A stretch of 64,000 nucleotides of DNA from Psammoneis japonica. Lineage: Eukaryota. A program made the translations under genes and the position numbers. The notes beneath the pieces were generated by a model that had not been told where the DNA came from, ran no database searches, and saw only the letters and a program-made list of their open reading frames with translations. This document shows positions 24,379-36,420 of this stretch, one piece after another (the stretch's first letter is position 1; each line of letters starts with the position of its first letter). The stretch is from NCBI GenBank assembly GCA_008632985.1, contig QPGO01000008.1:62001-126000 (forward strand). The letters are read 5' to 3'.

Positions 24379-27300
24379 TTATGGTTCCGAATGCAACACC
24401 TTGACACGAATTTTTTTCACGGTCCGCCCTTTCAAGTCAAGAACCACGTTGAGCAACTTGACGTCCTCAGACACACGATCTCGTTCCCCTCCCTGTTGCT
24501 TTGACATCTCAGAATCGAGAACAACAGGGACTTCGATGTTTGTTTTCGGACTGAAGAAGAAAAATTCAGTTCCTTGACGATAGGATATCTTCACCCTCAC
24601 GACTGAGTCAGCCCCAGCTGCAAACGCATCATCGGCCGTCTTGTAGTCACCACGAACTTGGGTTCTGCGAAACAACCCCGATGAAATAGGGACTGGCTTA
24701 CTTCGTATGACTGCACCATCCCTCGCGCCGGACTTTAATTTCACGGTGACCAGCACAGGCTCTGACACATGAATGTACTTGGAGGTTTCACCTTGAGGTC
24801 CAGTCTTAATGGATTGCTTTGGCTCGGGGTCGTAGTTGGAAGGGCCATAGTTTTGATAATCTTTGCTCTTGCAGAAGTTCAGCAAATACCCGGGAGAAAA
24901 ATCGAAAACCCGACAATAAGACGGTATCGATTTCGTTAAAGCTTGATACGTACAGCACGTGTAACGGGTGTTCACGGCTCCAATTGGCATATCCAATTCA
25001 TCCATGAATGATCTTTGGCCAACAAAGAAGTTGTCATATTGACACCCTGGCTCGCATTTCACCGGATCGTACCCAGGAAGTGCGCGTCCAATGAGATCTG
25101 ACCACTTTTCACAACTGCTGGTGCCATCGCAGTTTGGCATCTCGTCTGTTCCTGGCCCATAGCTATACTCGTCCGTCAGTCCAAATAACGAGTGACCCAA
25201 CTCATGAACTGCAATCTCTGCACCTCTTGGATGAACTGACATTGTAACCATGTTTTCAGAAGTGTATCCCGCGCCGCCATACTTGCGTTTGTTGTGGACC
25301 ACAACGGTTTGTCGATTCGTTCCCTCCGGCAAACATTTGCTCGCGAGCCACTGCGCCTGAACGACGCTACAGCAAAGCAATCGTTCGATCCCTGCGCAAA
25401 AGTAAGAGCAAAACCCCTTGTCCAGAACTGCCGGGTCAACGTAAAACATATTCAGCTGGTCTATCTTCTCGTCAAACATTCTGTATCCTTTGAAGACTGA
25501 GTACGTTTTGTTGACTTCATTGCGCCACTCGTCTCCAGTCTTGAACCCTGACCCAACAAATACCACATTGATCTTATTTTCGTCGAAGGGAGATCCAAAC
25601 TTGTGCTTGAGGGGATAGCAGTCCGGCGTTGCCATGCAAGCCCCATTCCGACAAACTCCAGACACGCAGTCATCGTTGTAATAACACACCATCCCTGTTT
25701 CACTAGCCGGCGGAGAGCGTATTAAGGGCGCTGTGGGCAGCGGCGTCGGCGGTGTCGTTTGAGGCATTGTGGGCGGTGGTGTTGGAAATGGAGTGGGCCT
25801 GTCGGTCGGGGACACAGTAGGCGATTTCGTCGGTTCATTGGTGGGCATTCGTGTTGGGCTCAACGTGGTAGATACAGTTGGAAATGATGTGGGCCCGGTG
25901 GTCGGGGGGGCAGTAGGCGTTCTTGTCGGTTCAGCAGTGAGCTGTCGTGTTGGCGAGGGGGTAGGAGCAAATGTTGGACTGGTCGTAGAAGACGCCGTTG
26001 GTTTTAGAGTGGGAGGTCCGGTTAGTTTTGACGCTGGAGCTCCTGTAGGTGAAGTTGTAGTCAAAAAGGTTGGTGGAGGCGATGGAAATGGAGTCTCTTT
26101 CTTGGTGTCTTGCGCATCAACTGCTCTATAGGTTGGGCATCGAGTCATTGATATGCAGTCAAGTCTTTTGCATCTCTTCTTTTTCGGTATGTCGTCAGTG
26201 AAGCAGCCGTTGCGAACGCACTTTCGGCACGTCTTCCTGTAGTCTCTGATCGTTGAAGGCCCAACCGTCGGTGCCAACGACGGAAACGATGTACTTTTCG
26301 TTGCCAGTGATGAAGTTGATGGCGTTGGTGTAGGGGCCAATGTAGACAAACTGCTGGGAAAACTTGTTGGTGAGGCAGTTGGGTGATCAGTTGGATGCGA
26401 GGTGGTGGTAGTCCTTGGTAGTGACGATGGCTCCTGGGTTGGAGATCCTGTTGGACTTCGAGTTGGAGACAACGTAGATGCTCCGGATGGGTGGGATGTT
26501 GACGGCTCATAGGGTGAAGACGTTGGCGGCGCTGATGTGCTTTTAGTCAATACATTTGTTGGATTCGGAGTGGCGCTCTTGGTTGGATTCTCAGAGGCTC
26601 CCGTCGCGTCGATTGAACAAATACAGATGTTATCATTGACTCGCCCTTCGCATGAATTCATACCGGATTGTTCACAGCTATTTTTCGCATCGTTATACGC
26701 CCCCCAGCAAGTCCCCCCCTTTTTCGAGCAAAAATTACTACAATTGTCTCCATCTAAACGCACATAAAAAGTGCATTTCGTGGCCGTCTCCTTGCATGGG
26801 ACGATGTCCTTTCCGTATTGATTTTGACAAGCAGATTTTATTACCGGGCCGTTGTTTATAGCTGGCCCAGGGGCTCGAGTTGGAGACGGCCCGGGCATTC
26901 GAGTCGGTTTGGTCCCGTTGCTTGGAGACGGCCCTGGTGATGGCCCTGGTAACGGTCCGGGCGCCTGAGTCGCTCTGTTGCTTGGAGACGGCCCGGGCAT
27001 TTGAGTCGGTTTGGGCCCGTTGCTTGGAGAGGGCCCTGGTGATGGCCCTGGCGATCCTTGCGCTCGAATTTTTCCACCACTGTCCTGTGTGGGCCATGCC
27101 GTTGACTTAACTGTGGGATTGCTCGTTGGCTTTTCAGTAGGTGGGCGAGGCTTTCTTGTGAAATCGGATCTGAATCGTGATGGGCAGTCTTCAATTTGGA
27201 AGCATCCATAACGCTGACAGGAAGTGAGCATGTCATTACTGCTGCGGTCAAAACAGTTGTTGACAACGCATTTCGCGCAGTTCTCGCAGCTATTTTTCTT

Positions 27301-27765
27301 GGCGAGCGAGTCTTCGTAACGACAGGAGGCAAGCAGCTTTTCGTAGTGCTGCCGCGGTGGTTGTACGTCTGTTTTATTCAGGAATGGTGCACTGCTCTCA
27401 CATCCCGGTAAACTGGAACAATCTAATCTGGCGCAGATTTTTAATCTATTCTCAGATGGACTCTGGAAGCACCCGCTAACATAGCACATTACGCACCGAG
27501 AACATTCGCGGCGTCCCATCAATTTCTGGTTCTCGTTGCAGCTATCGATCATTTTAGAGTATCTGGCCAGCCTGGTGGTCTTTGTGTTCGTAAGCTGTTG
27601 CTGGCTGTCAATGGAAACCAGTCTCGTTTGTCCTGATTAAAAAAAATGTTAGAAGACTCAACATGCCGTGGACCATTATTTTCACGCACGATGATCGATC
27701 AGCGTACCTGCAACAATCACGCCGGCTGAAAGTATCATCAACAATCGCCAGAGGAGCAGTTTCAT
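24379..27765 (-). CDS. Secreted peptidase-M64-like metalloprotease, paralog 3; one intron, after the signal peptide
   Basis: MKLLLWRLLMILSAGVIVA, a phase-1 intron, then an unbroken frame of over 1050 aa with KINVVFVGSGF and HELGHSLFGLTDEY. Confidence 0.88.
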
Positions 27766-28481
27766 TGAAGCGATTGGTGGCACTCGTGCCGCTTGGAGGC
27801 CAACGTACACCCGCATCATTGCATTGCATTCGACTGCTCGGGAAAGTGGCAGGTCCCTATGTACCGGTACTTGAGAGATGCTAAAAATTATGAGATTTGC
27901 CTCCGAGCGAAGCGAATCATCTGAGGAGCCAATAGTGACTGCCTAGTCGCGCTTTCTGTAATTGTTAAATAAGAAGGCAAACTAGAGGATGTCTCGCATG
28001 CGCATTGTTCTTTGCATTTTTTGTTACTGTACACTACTTATTTATCTTCAATCGTATTGCCTGATAATTGGACAAAACGGGACCGCCATCTCGTTAAAAA
28101 AATTATGGATATTACGGGTCCCTGTGCCAGTTCTGCATCACAATTTGGATTTTATTGTTTTCAAGGTATGCCGAAGGAAAGAGGCACAGTTGGGAACACT
28201 GCATCTTCTTATTGTCAAACCTTCCTTAGACTCTGCACTACACTAGCGTCGTCTGGAGTGGTTAAATCGCAGGTGCAGCGTCTTTCTTGAGTCGTATTTT
28301 AAGGCACACCACACGCGCGGCACGAGCACACGTCTGAGACGTACTGTAGCACCCAGTTCAACAGGTGACCGCCTCAGTTCACCCTTCTGTCATGGTAGAG
28401 ATACAATAGCTGAAATGTGAACTGAAAGTTAGAAATAAAATCGTAAGGATGCTCTAGACTATTTGTGCGTATTCAGCACCT

Positions 28482-30812
28482 CTAATTCCGCTTCGTCGCA
28501 ACGACCATTGATCTTATTCGCTCTATTGGTCTCCCGTAGGTGTTAATCACAATCTCGACGACGTCTTTCTTGTGAGTAACCTTATTGCGTGGAGATGTTT
28601 TACCTGATGACGAAGGAGGAATGTCAATTTGCTCGTCGAGGGAAAATCGTAGTAGAACTGTCGACCCAGTTCGATAGAATATCTTGACCACTAGAACTCT
28701 TTTGATGCCATTGGATGCGGCTCTCTTCAATGAAGTGAAATCTCCTTCAACTTTTGACCTGTAATATAATCCCGATGGTCTTGATACGGTATCCTTTTCA
28801 TCAAAAGATTGACCTCTTTTTCCAAGCTGACTAGGCACGATGGTCAGCAACCGCGGTTTAGTCACGCGTACGAATTTGGAGGACGAGGACTCGGGTACCG
28901 GTATGGCTAGAGGAAGAACCTCCGCACTGTCGTAGTTTGATGACCCATAGTTTTGGTAATCAAAACTTTTGCAGTAGTTCAGAAGGTAGTTTGGAGAGGT
29001 ATTAAAGATATCGCAGTAGGATGGAAACTTTTTCGTCAAGGCTCGAAACGTGCAACAAGAGAAACGCTCGTTTCTGTTAGAGGACAAGTAAACTTCGTTG
29101 TGAGTAGGTCAATCTTAAAATCTCTCTAAGGAAACCAAGACAGTTTTCATTCACTTACACTGCTCCAACAGGCGCATCTAACATGTCCATGAATGTCTCC
29201 CCACTTACAAAGTAGTCATTATCTTGACAGCCGGGGCGACATAGTACTTTGGCGTGCCCAGAAGGGGCTGTGTTAACAATATCCGACCACTTCTCACAGT
29301 CGCTGGTTGCAGCACAGTTTGGTCTTGTTGAATTTCCCTTTCCATAACTATATTCATCAGCTAGCTCAAATAGCGAATGTCCTAGCTCGTGAATTGCGAC
29401 CAGCGGTCCATTGGGATGGGTTGATGTAGTTGCCAAGTTCAATGAAGTGTAACCCGCTCCTCCATACGTTGCATTGCTATGTATGACAACCGTTTGCAAG
29501 AGGCTGTTCCCGGCGGATGGAAAGCACGAGTTTGCAAGTTCTCTGGCAATGTTCACGTCACAACATAGCAATCTGTCGACATCGTTGCACCCGTAATCAC
29601 AAAATGATGAGGGAGGGGTGCTGGGATTCACATAGAGAACGTTCAAGTGAAGATTGTTGAACATTGGAAACTTGCTGAAGACCTTAAACGTTTTGTGAAC
29701 TTGCTCACGCATGGCAGACGTATTCTCAAAACCTGATCCGACAAATACCAGATTTACCTTGTTCTGGTCAAAGGGAGTAGTCTCATCGACCTTGAGGGGG
29801 TAACAGTTTGGTGATGCCATGCACAAACCTTTTCGACAGATTTTCGAGGCGCAATCTCGATTGCTTGAACATATCTGGCCGACCAAAGCGACTTCCTCCT
29901 TATCAGAAGTCGCCTGAGCACCGCTCGTGGTAGTTGATGGAGGCACGGCGTTGGACGGTATATTGTATCCTGTACAGTCAATCGTTCCACAACGAAACTT
30001 TCTACACCGATTTTCATTTTCTGCGGTGATCCTTCTAAAACACCCGTTGTTTGTGCATTTCCAACAAGCTTCTTCTTGTACAGTCCCTGCACCTTTATTT
30101 ACCTTTGACAACGGCGCTGGTGTCAGTGTGGAAAGAAGGGTTGGCGATGCAGTTTTCTTGCTGGGAGGAAATTGAGTTTGAGAACCCATTACATCTTTGC
30201 ATGTCTGTGTGAGAAATGGGCATATTGATTGCGAGCATTTCGGTGAATCAGCCGTCTCGTCGGAGAAGCAACCGAGACCGTCGCATGCAAAGCAAACATG
30301 AGACGCTGGTAAAGGCGGAGACGAAGGGGATGGAGTCGGAGGCGGTATCCTTGACGAATGACACCACTTGAACACAAATTCGCAGTCCATGTCATTGCAC
30401 AATTGTTCTATTCCGTCCAAATCTTCGTCGTAGCATCCCTTGTGGCGACATCGAAGGCAGGTTTTACACCGCTTCCGTTTGAATTTGGAATCGTATACGC
30501 TGCAGGTTTCTTCCAGTTCTACCGAGGAAGGCAGTTTTCTGTTTGCTTTATGAATCTCGGGAAATCTGTTCAAAATGCCAAAGTCAAAGATATCTAAACT
30601 GGAACCTTTGCGTTCTCCACGTTGTTCGGCCGAATCGATTTGCACTGCTATCCAAGTAGAGTGCGGTAGGTGAGCGACATCTCCTAGAATGCAAATCTAA
30701 CAGTCGGTTACTGATGACGGTCATTTAGCATGTCGAATGAGAACTTACGCTGATCTTCCGCCCCAAACACAAACGATGATATCACCATCGCGAAACTTAT
30801 CAATCGAAGCAT
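28482..30812 (-). CDS. Secreted peptidase-M64-like metalloprotease, paralog 4; spliced
   Basis: Signal exon MLRLISFAMVISSFVFGA; KVNLVFVGSGF; HELGHSLFELADEY; intron at GAV/NERF. Confidence 0.85.
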
Positions 30813-31740
30813 TTTCAGAGCTGTCATCCATAGTTCGATTTCAACGTTGCGACATCTTGTCATTGTGATTCAAAAGCAAGATTTGAAAGGGGTTCAGGAT
30901 TGTACTTTTCGGTCTTCTCGGGATAGATTCGTTGTGGGTCGGGGTCGGACGAATTCGCAAAAGCAAACAATTATGAAGAAAGTGTGAGCGAGAAACGGCG
31001 AAGTTTGTTTTCCACTCATGCGCTTCCTAATTATGTCCATCGGCATCAATGAGATCTTTTTATTTAGAGATATAAGAATGTCGAAATTTTTGTATGCGTT
31101 TTTAAACCCAAGTTAATCTCTTCCTTAAGTAGCTTTCAAAATGTCATAGACTCTCCCGCGAGGAAGAACAAAGATGAGACAGAGAGCAATCATGCTTCAT
31201 CGTACTCTTCCTCTAAGGGCTCTCTATTATGCTAGTAGCCTACTCTGCGATCGTCATGATACCTTTTAGAATAGGCTCTAGTAGACAGATTTATTAGTGT
31301 GGTTATGAAATGCCGGCAGGTTTTGTTTTTGTTGTGTCTTCTCTCCCGGGGATGAAACAGTCTACTGTAGTCTGATCCGACATCAGATCATTGAAAGTTG
31401 AAAGGCCACATCATGATGATTCAGTAATTAAGCGTAGCCATGGATTTTTACGCTTGCATTAGCGCACAGTGGATAATCTCGTAATCTCGGGCTTGGTGCA
31501 CGCCGAGCGATTGTCCTCAACACGATGATACGATGGAGTACCCTACTACAGAGGACAAACCGTAAAAGCGCATCATTTGCATTGACAAATTCCAGAAGAG
31601 ACTGATATGACACCAAAGCGGATTCGGTACGCGGAAGGCATGTATTGAGTATGATTGGCTGTTCACGGTATCTTTTCTAAAGTGACGATTCCGTTTTCAC
31701 TGAGTGCTGCACTATGTTTTCCGCCTTAAGTCGATCCGCT

Positions 31741-32412
31741 CTAGCTTTTCGCCACGATTTTGACTTGGAATTCGCAAGTCACATCCTTTTGCAATGAAAC
31801 GACAGCATCAAAGTCTCCAACATGTTTGATGCCGTGATTCCCAATTTCGTTGCCGTCCTCGTCCTTGAGGGATAGCATCTTGACGCCCTTGCTTTTAAGC
31901 ACGTCGTTTTTTCCAACTTTTTTGTTCAATTCTTCAAAGATACCCTTCACACTAACACCTCCAAACAACTGACCATCCGGGCCAGCCTTTCGTGTGATTT
32001 CCAGAGCCATATCAGTGATTTCGCTTTGTAGGTCGAGGGCGGCTTTCATCTTTGCATCATCTTTTGCTTGCCTATCAGCTGCTTCCTTTTCCACCTCTTC
32101 GTCGGAAATCAGGGTTGCCGATCGGGTGGGTCGAAGCTTGTTCTGGAAAAAAGCGGGCGTCACCATGACGACCTCCCCCGCTTGTCCCGTGCCAGCGACG
32201 TGCTTTAGTAACTTAACTTGTAACTTGCCGCCTCCCGCAGCCGCGGCTTTCTTCTTCTTCTTTGCAAACACTCGTGTTGCGGTTCTGCTTGTTGTGAACG
32301 GAACAAACGAAGGCTTGATGACAAAACCGGCTTTGTATCCGGGGCAGAACGAGTCCACAACGGACAGCATTCCCAACACGCATAAGGTGATCCAAAGGGT
32401 GGAGCGGATCAT
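31741..32412 (-). CDS. RPL9: Plastid 50S ribosomal protein L9 with bipartite presequence
   Basis: QVKLLKHVAGTGQAGEVVMVTPAFFQNKLRP, RKAGPDGQLFGGVS and IKHVGDF; signal peptide ending VVDS-FCP. Confidence 0.9.
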   Translation of the reverse strand: MIRSTLWITLCVLGMLSVVDSFCPGYKAGFVIKPSFVPFTTSRTATRVFAKKKKKAAAAGGGKLQVKLLKHVAGTGQAGEVVMVTPAFFQNKLRPTRSATLISDEEVEKEAADRQAKDDAKMKAALDLQSEITDMALEITRKAGPDGQLFGGVSVKGIFEELNKKVGKNDVLKSKGVKMLSLKDEDGNEIGNHGIKHVGDFDAVVSLQKDVTCEFQVKIVAKS

Positions 32413-32645
32413 GGTCGAATGTTGATGTTTCCTGTTGCCTGTTGCATTCATTTTCAACGTGACACGCGGAAGTGAGCTGCTGCGTAGAAACTGGTAAGAA
32501 TCATCCTACGCAGTATCATACGGTAGTATGATACGCAAGATTGACGAGCAGACATACAGACGGATGCCGTGTGCCGTCTGTCGTGTGTGCGCGACTATGC
32601 TGGTTTCGGGTTTCGAGCGAGGAAAAAAAAAACTACGAGAGCTAG

Positions 32646-32816
32646 AGCGATTAAACTATGCTAACGACAGCGGCTTGTCTTTGTCGATCTTGAAAGAATG
32701 AGACAAGCCGGTGATCGAGGAAAACAACAACCAACCTTTACAGCACGTTCAACGTGCGCACGTGGTTCAACAGGAAATGGGTCTTCTCCCCGATTCTGGC
32801 ACTGGATGAGGACAGC
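32646..32816. repeat. 3' terminal direct repeat of the YR element
   Basis: AGCGATTAAACTATG...GAGGACAGC; 4 mismatches to 38741-38911. Confidence 0.92.
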
Positions 32817-32932
32817 GGTTGCCACCGCTTTGCCCATGCGTGCTTCGCATCGGGGATGGACGAGCGCGCTCCTGGAGTGAACGGTGGGTTCAAACCGCTG
32901 GTCGCGCGCTCTCTTCTAAAGTGATGCAAGTG

Positions 32933-34285
32933 TCATGCAATGCATTGTGTGCTTGGAGTGGAGGTGGCTTTGCTGCTGGCGCTGTGAAGGTTTTCTCCCT
33001 GCCCAAAGCTGGACGGCAGGGCCTCCAGTGCCACCCACTGATGTGCAGGCGGTGCAGCAGCTGGCCAAACATGTGTTGGGATTGGGCAGGTGGGCCCATC
33101 TGGAGGGCTGGTGGAGTGTTCTTGCGGGGCAATGGGCACTTCAGCATTGGGGTGGAGCACAAAATTGCCCCCAGCGAGCATGGCTTGTGCAAAACCGCGC
33201 ATGGTGGGTTCGGCTTGGAGGTGCAGGTAGCGCAGCATCTCGTCAGAGCACCACCGGCCTAAGAGACGGATCAGGTCGGTGTCAACATGGGCACACAACA
33301 GTGCCGTTGCGCCTGCTGCATGAAGGCAGCGGGGCGAGACATTGGCCGGTGTAAAACCCAGGTTCTCAGGACCCAGGGCAATGACGGCGGCATGGAGTGC
33401 TGACGTGATGTCGGCAGGGGACACTGCGTGCCACCTGCCATTTTCAAAATGCACCCCCAAAGGGGTGTCGGGGAGCGCTCCACAGGTGCACAGGCAAATG
33501 ACCCGGCGGATGAGGGCCCTGGTCGGGCAAAGGTCTGGATGGCCGGATGGGCCACGCGCGATGACTTCGCCGCGAACGCCACTTTTCTGGGTGGTGAAAG
33601 TGAGGGAGCTGAGTGTGGTGGCGAAGAGGGCAGGGGCCACAGTGGTGAAGGGGTCAAGGTGCACTCCGCCCAAGGCCAAACGCAGATCTGCCAGGCGGAA
33701 CGGAGTGGTGTCGGATGGCGTGGCTGTGCATTCACCCAGGCGAAGCAAAAAGAAAAAAGCCATTGCGATCATGTCCGCGATGGCCTTGGTGCCTGCGCTG
33801 TTGCTGAGGGCGGCGGCATGCAAGATCCAGAGAAGGACGCTGATGGGGACTGGTTTGACACGGTCGGGTGGCGGATCCTGTTTCTTGTAAAAACGGATTT
33901 GGCGGGCAAGACGGAAATCCATGTCGCCCTGGGGTGTGCAACGTGGGTCAGAGGACCCCATTGCAGCAAACATCTGCCCAACCAACCGCAGGGCATCCTC
34001 AGCAGTGTGAGCCCAGATGGGATTGCCTCTTGGGGCGATGACGCCGGTTTGGAGTCGATGGAGGAACACTTGGAGGAAGAGGATGGGATCGTTGGTGTCT
34101 TCGAGAAATGGACTGATGGCCAGTTGGTGGCAGAAATCGATCCAAAGGTTCCAGTGGGCATCGGCGGCAGAGGATCGGGAAGAGGTGACGCCGCATTGCA
34201 CTGCATCCTGCGCAGCACTGAGATCACACAGGAACACAGTGCGGGTGGCGGGGTCCACAGACGCCAAGACTTGCTCTGTGGACAA
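32933..34285 (-). pseudogene. Tyrosine recombinase of the retroelement, mutated
   Basis: AFFFLLRLGECT (expected LRxGEY), FTTQKSG, SPRCLHAAGATAL and LLGRWCSDEMLRYL. Confidence 0.88.
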
Positions 34286-34292
34286 GTGGAGT

Positions 34293-36420
34293 TCAGGTGA
34301 GAAAGGAACACGACGTTAGAGAGGTGTTGCAAGCCGAAGCATTGTCACCAGCACGGTTCCAAATGCCAGGGTGGCAATCATGGAGGCCGATGTGACGGTG
34401 TTGGCGTTGATGGTGCGCTTGAAGCCTGAGGAGTTTTGAAGCTGGTTCAACCATGGTGGCAGATCCCTTGCGTTGCCAGTGCATGGTGCCAAGGTTGTCG
34501 GCACGGTCAAGGTTGGTGCGCTCGCGGATGTCGCAAGTGTCGGAAGCTGCACAGGTGTGGACGACACTGCCGACGAGTTCGAGGTCAGTGTTGGTGATCG
34601 GGCCGTGTGGATTCTCACATGTGGCGAGTGAGTCTGCAACATCCTTGGGGAATTGTGGGCGCCATGCCACAGGGCCTGGGTCACGTTGGATGCGACGTCG
34701 ACCAGAGGAATGGTGCAGCTTGGCGGCTCGTGGGACTGCAGTGGGAGTTGGCACAAGCACCCCGCCGGCTCCGTGGCCGGCAGCGTCGTGACAACCATGA
34801 ACAGTTGGGGGCAGTGGTGCGAGCTCTTGGAAGTGGACGGGGCGTGAATCCAGGGACTGGCAAAGATCACGAAAATCATCCAGTGTGGAATGTACGTTGG
34901 CTGCGAGACGGATGCGTGAGTCCGGTGTGGTGTGGCAGAGTGCCTCCTGCAATTCGGAGAATGGGCCCCGCGAGCCGGGTGTGGCCACCGCGAGTGACCG
35001 CAATTCTCCCAGGAGTTTCTGATGCTCTTGAATGGTGACGCGTTTGCCTGAGCGGGGAAAGTCCTTGTAGAGTGTGTGGTGCAGTCGTGCACGACGGCGT
35101 GGGGTGAGTCGGAGTGTCATCGACAGTGTGTCGATCAACCAACCCAACACCTCTTTCTGTGTCGACCAGGTGGCGTCACCCTTGCAGAGCTTTTTAACTG
35201 ATGCAGGCTCTTTGCGGGCGGCAATGTCGTCCGAATCGGTGGGGTAGAACACGTCGTCGATCGCGTGCAAAAGCACACGATGTGTGTTCCGTCGAGCTGC
35301 GGTGGACCCCTGCACGGCGCCAATGAAGTCATCGATGCATGTGTCGATGCAGGCTAAACGCCGGCGGCGACTCGGATTGAGGTGTGGATCTGGCAACGTT
35401 GGAATCGGCATGGCTGTCGTTGTGGGAGGTGATGTTGGTGGGGGTGCATGGGTGGGTTCGCGACTGGATGCCACTTGCTCCAACGGGTGCGGTGGTGCCG
35501 TCCCGGCGCGTGCCAGCTGCAAGTTGGCTAGATCTGCCACCGTCTCGGTGGCGGCACTGAAGCATGGTGGCAAGTTTGCCCAGCCCATGGGCAACCGCGT
35601 GGGTGTGGCTGCCAGCGGGGGTTCGCCCGGCAAATGTGGGAAAACCACCCCAAGTCGTTGGGCACCATCGGGATTGAGATGCATCCGACAGAAGCCGTCC
35701 GCTAGATCAACCTTCATGAGATGGACGCGACCGTGCGATGGGTTGGCCAGCAAGATGCGGCGCAACAACCGGTCGAGTGTGCGTCCGAACTGCATGGCTT
35801 CCATCAGGGTGTCAGGCTGAGTCACGTCGTTCGTGCCGCAGAATGTGCAGTCGACAATTGGTCGTGGCCGACGTCCACACTGGGGTGCTGCGCCAATGGG
35901 GCTCAGCCGCAATCCGGGCGTTTCCTTCATTTCCTCATGTGGGAGGACCACCCAGAAACCCTTCTCAACGCAATCGGCCATGTCCTCCCGGAGGAATTCG
36001 ATGTGCTCGCAGGCGGACTTGTGTGCCCCCCTGGCCAAACTTGCTTCAAGCTCCTGAGGTGTCCATGGTGCATCTGCAAGGGTGATGGGGACACTGCGGT
36101 GTTTGCAGTTTTGCAGCAGCCTGTGGGCTGGGTGACCACGTGTGCAGTGCAACAGTCCCCAATCCCCTCTGCCACTGCGGCGATGCAACAAGCAACTTGG
36201 TCCTCTAAGGCACAGCAACTTTGTGTCACGCAACATGTGCTCACCTGGTTTGTCAGTCTGCACAGCGTTGGCAATGGCCTGCGCACGTGATGCACTGCGG
36301 TTGTTGCTGTCTGTGAATCTCTCCGCCTGTGGGGGTGGCGGCACTGCCAATGACACCGATGGCAGCTGACATGGCTCTCGGCCCTGAGTCCCCGAACTCG
36401 GGCCATTGCCGATGACCCAT
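34293..36420 (-). pseudogene. Reverse transcriptase / RNase H of the YR element, mutated; 5' boundary approximate
   Basis: RPRPIVDCT, KVDLADGFCR, RLPMGW, CIDDFIG (YxDD changed to CIDD), KEVLGW, HDAAGHGAGG and TNTDLELVG. Confidence 0.88.
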
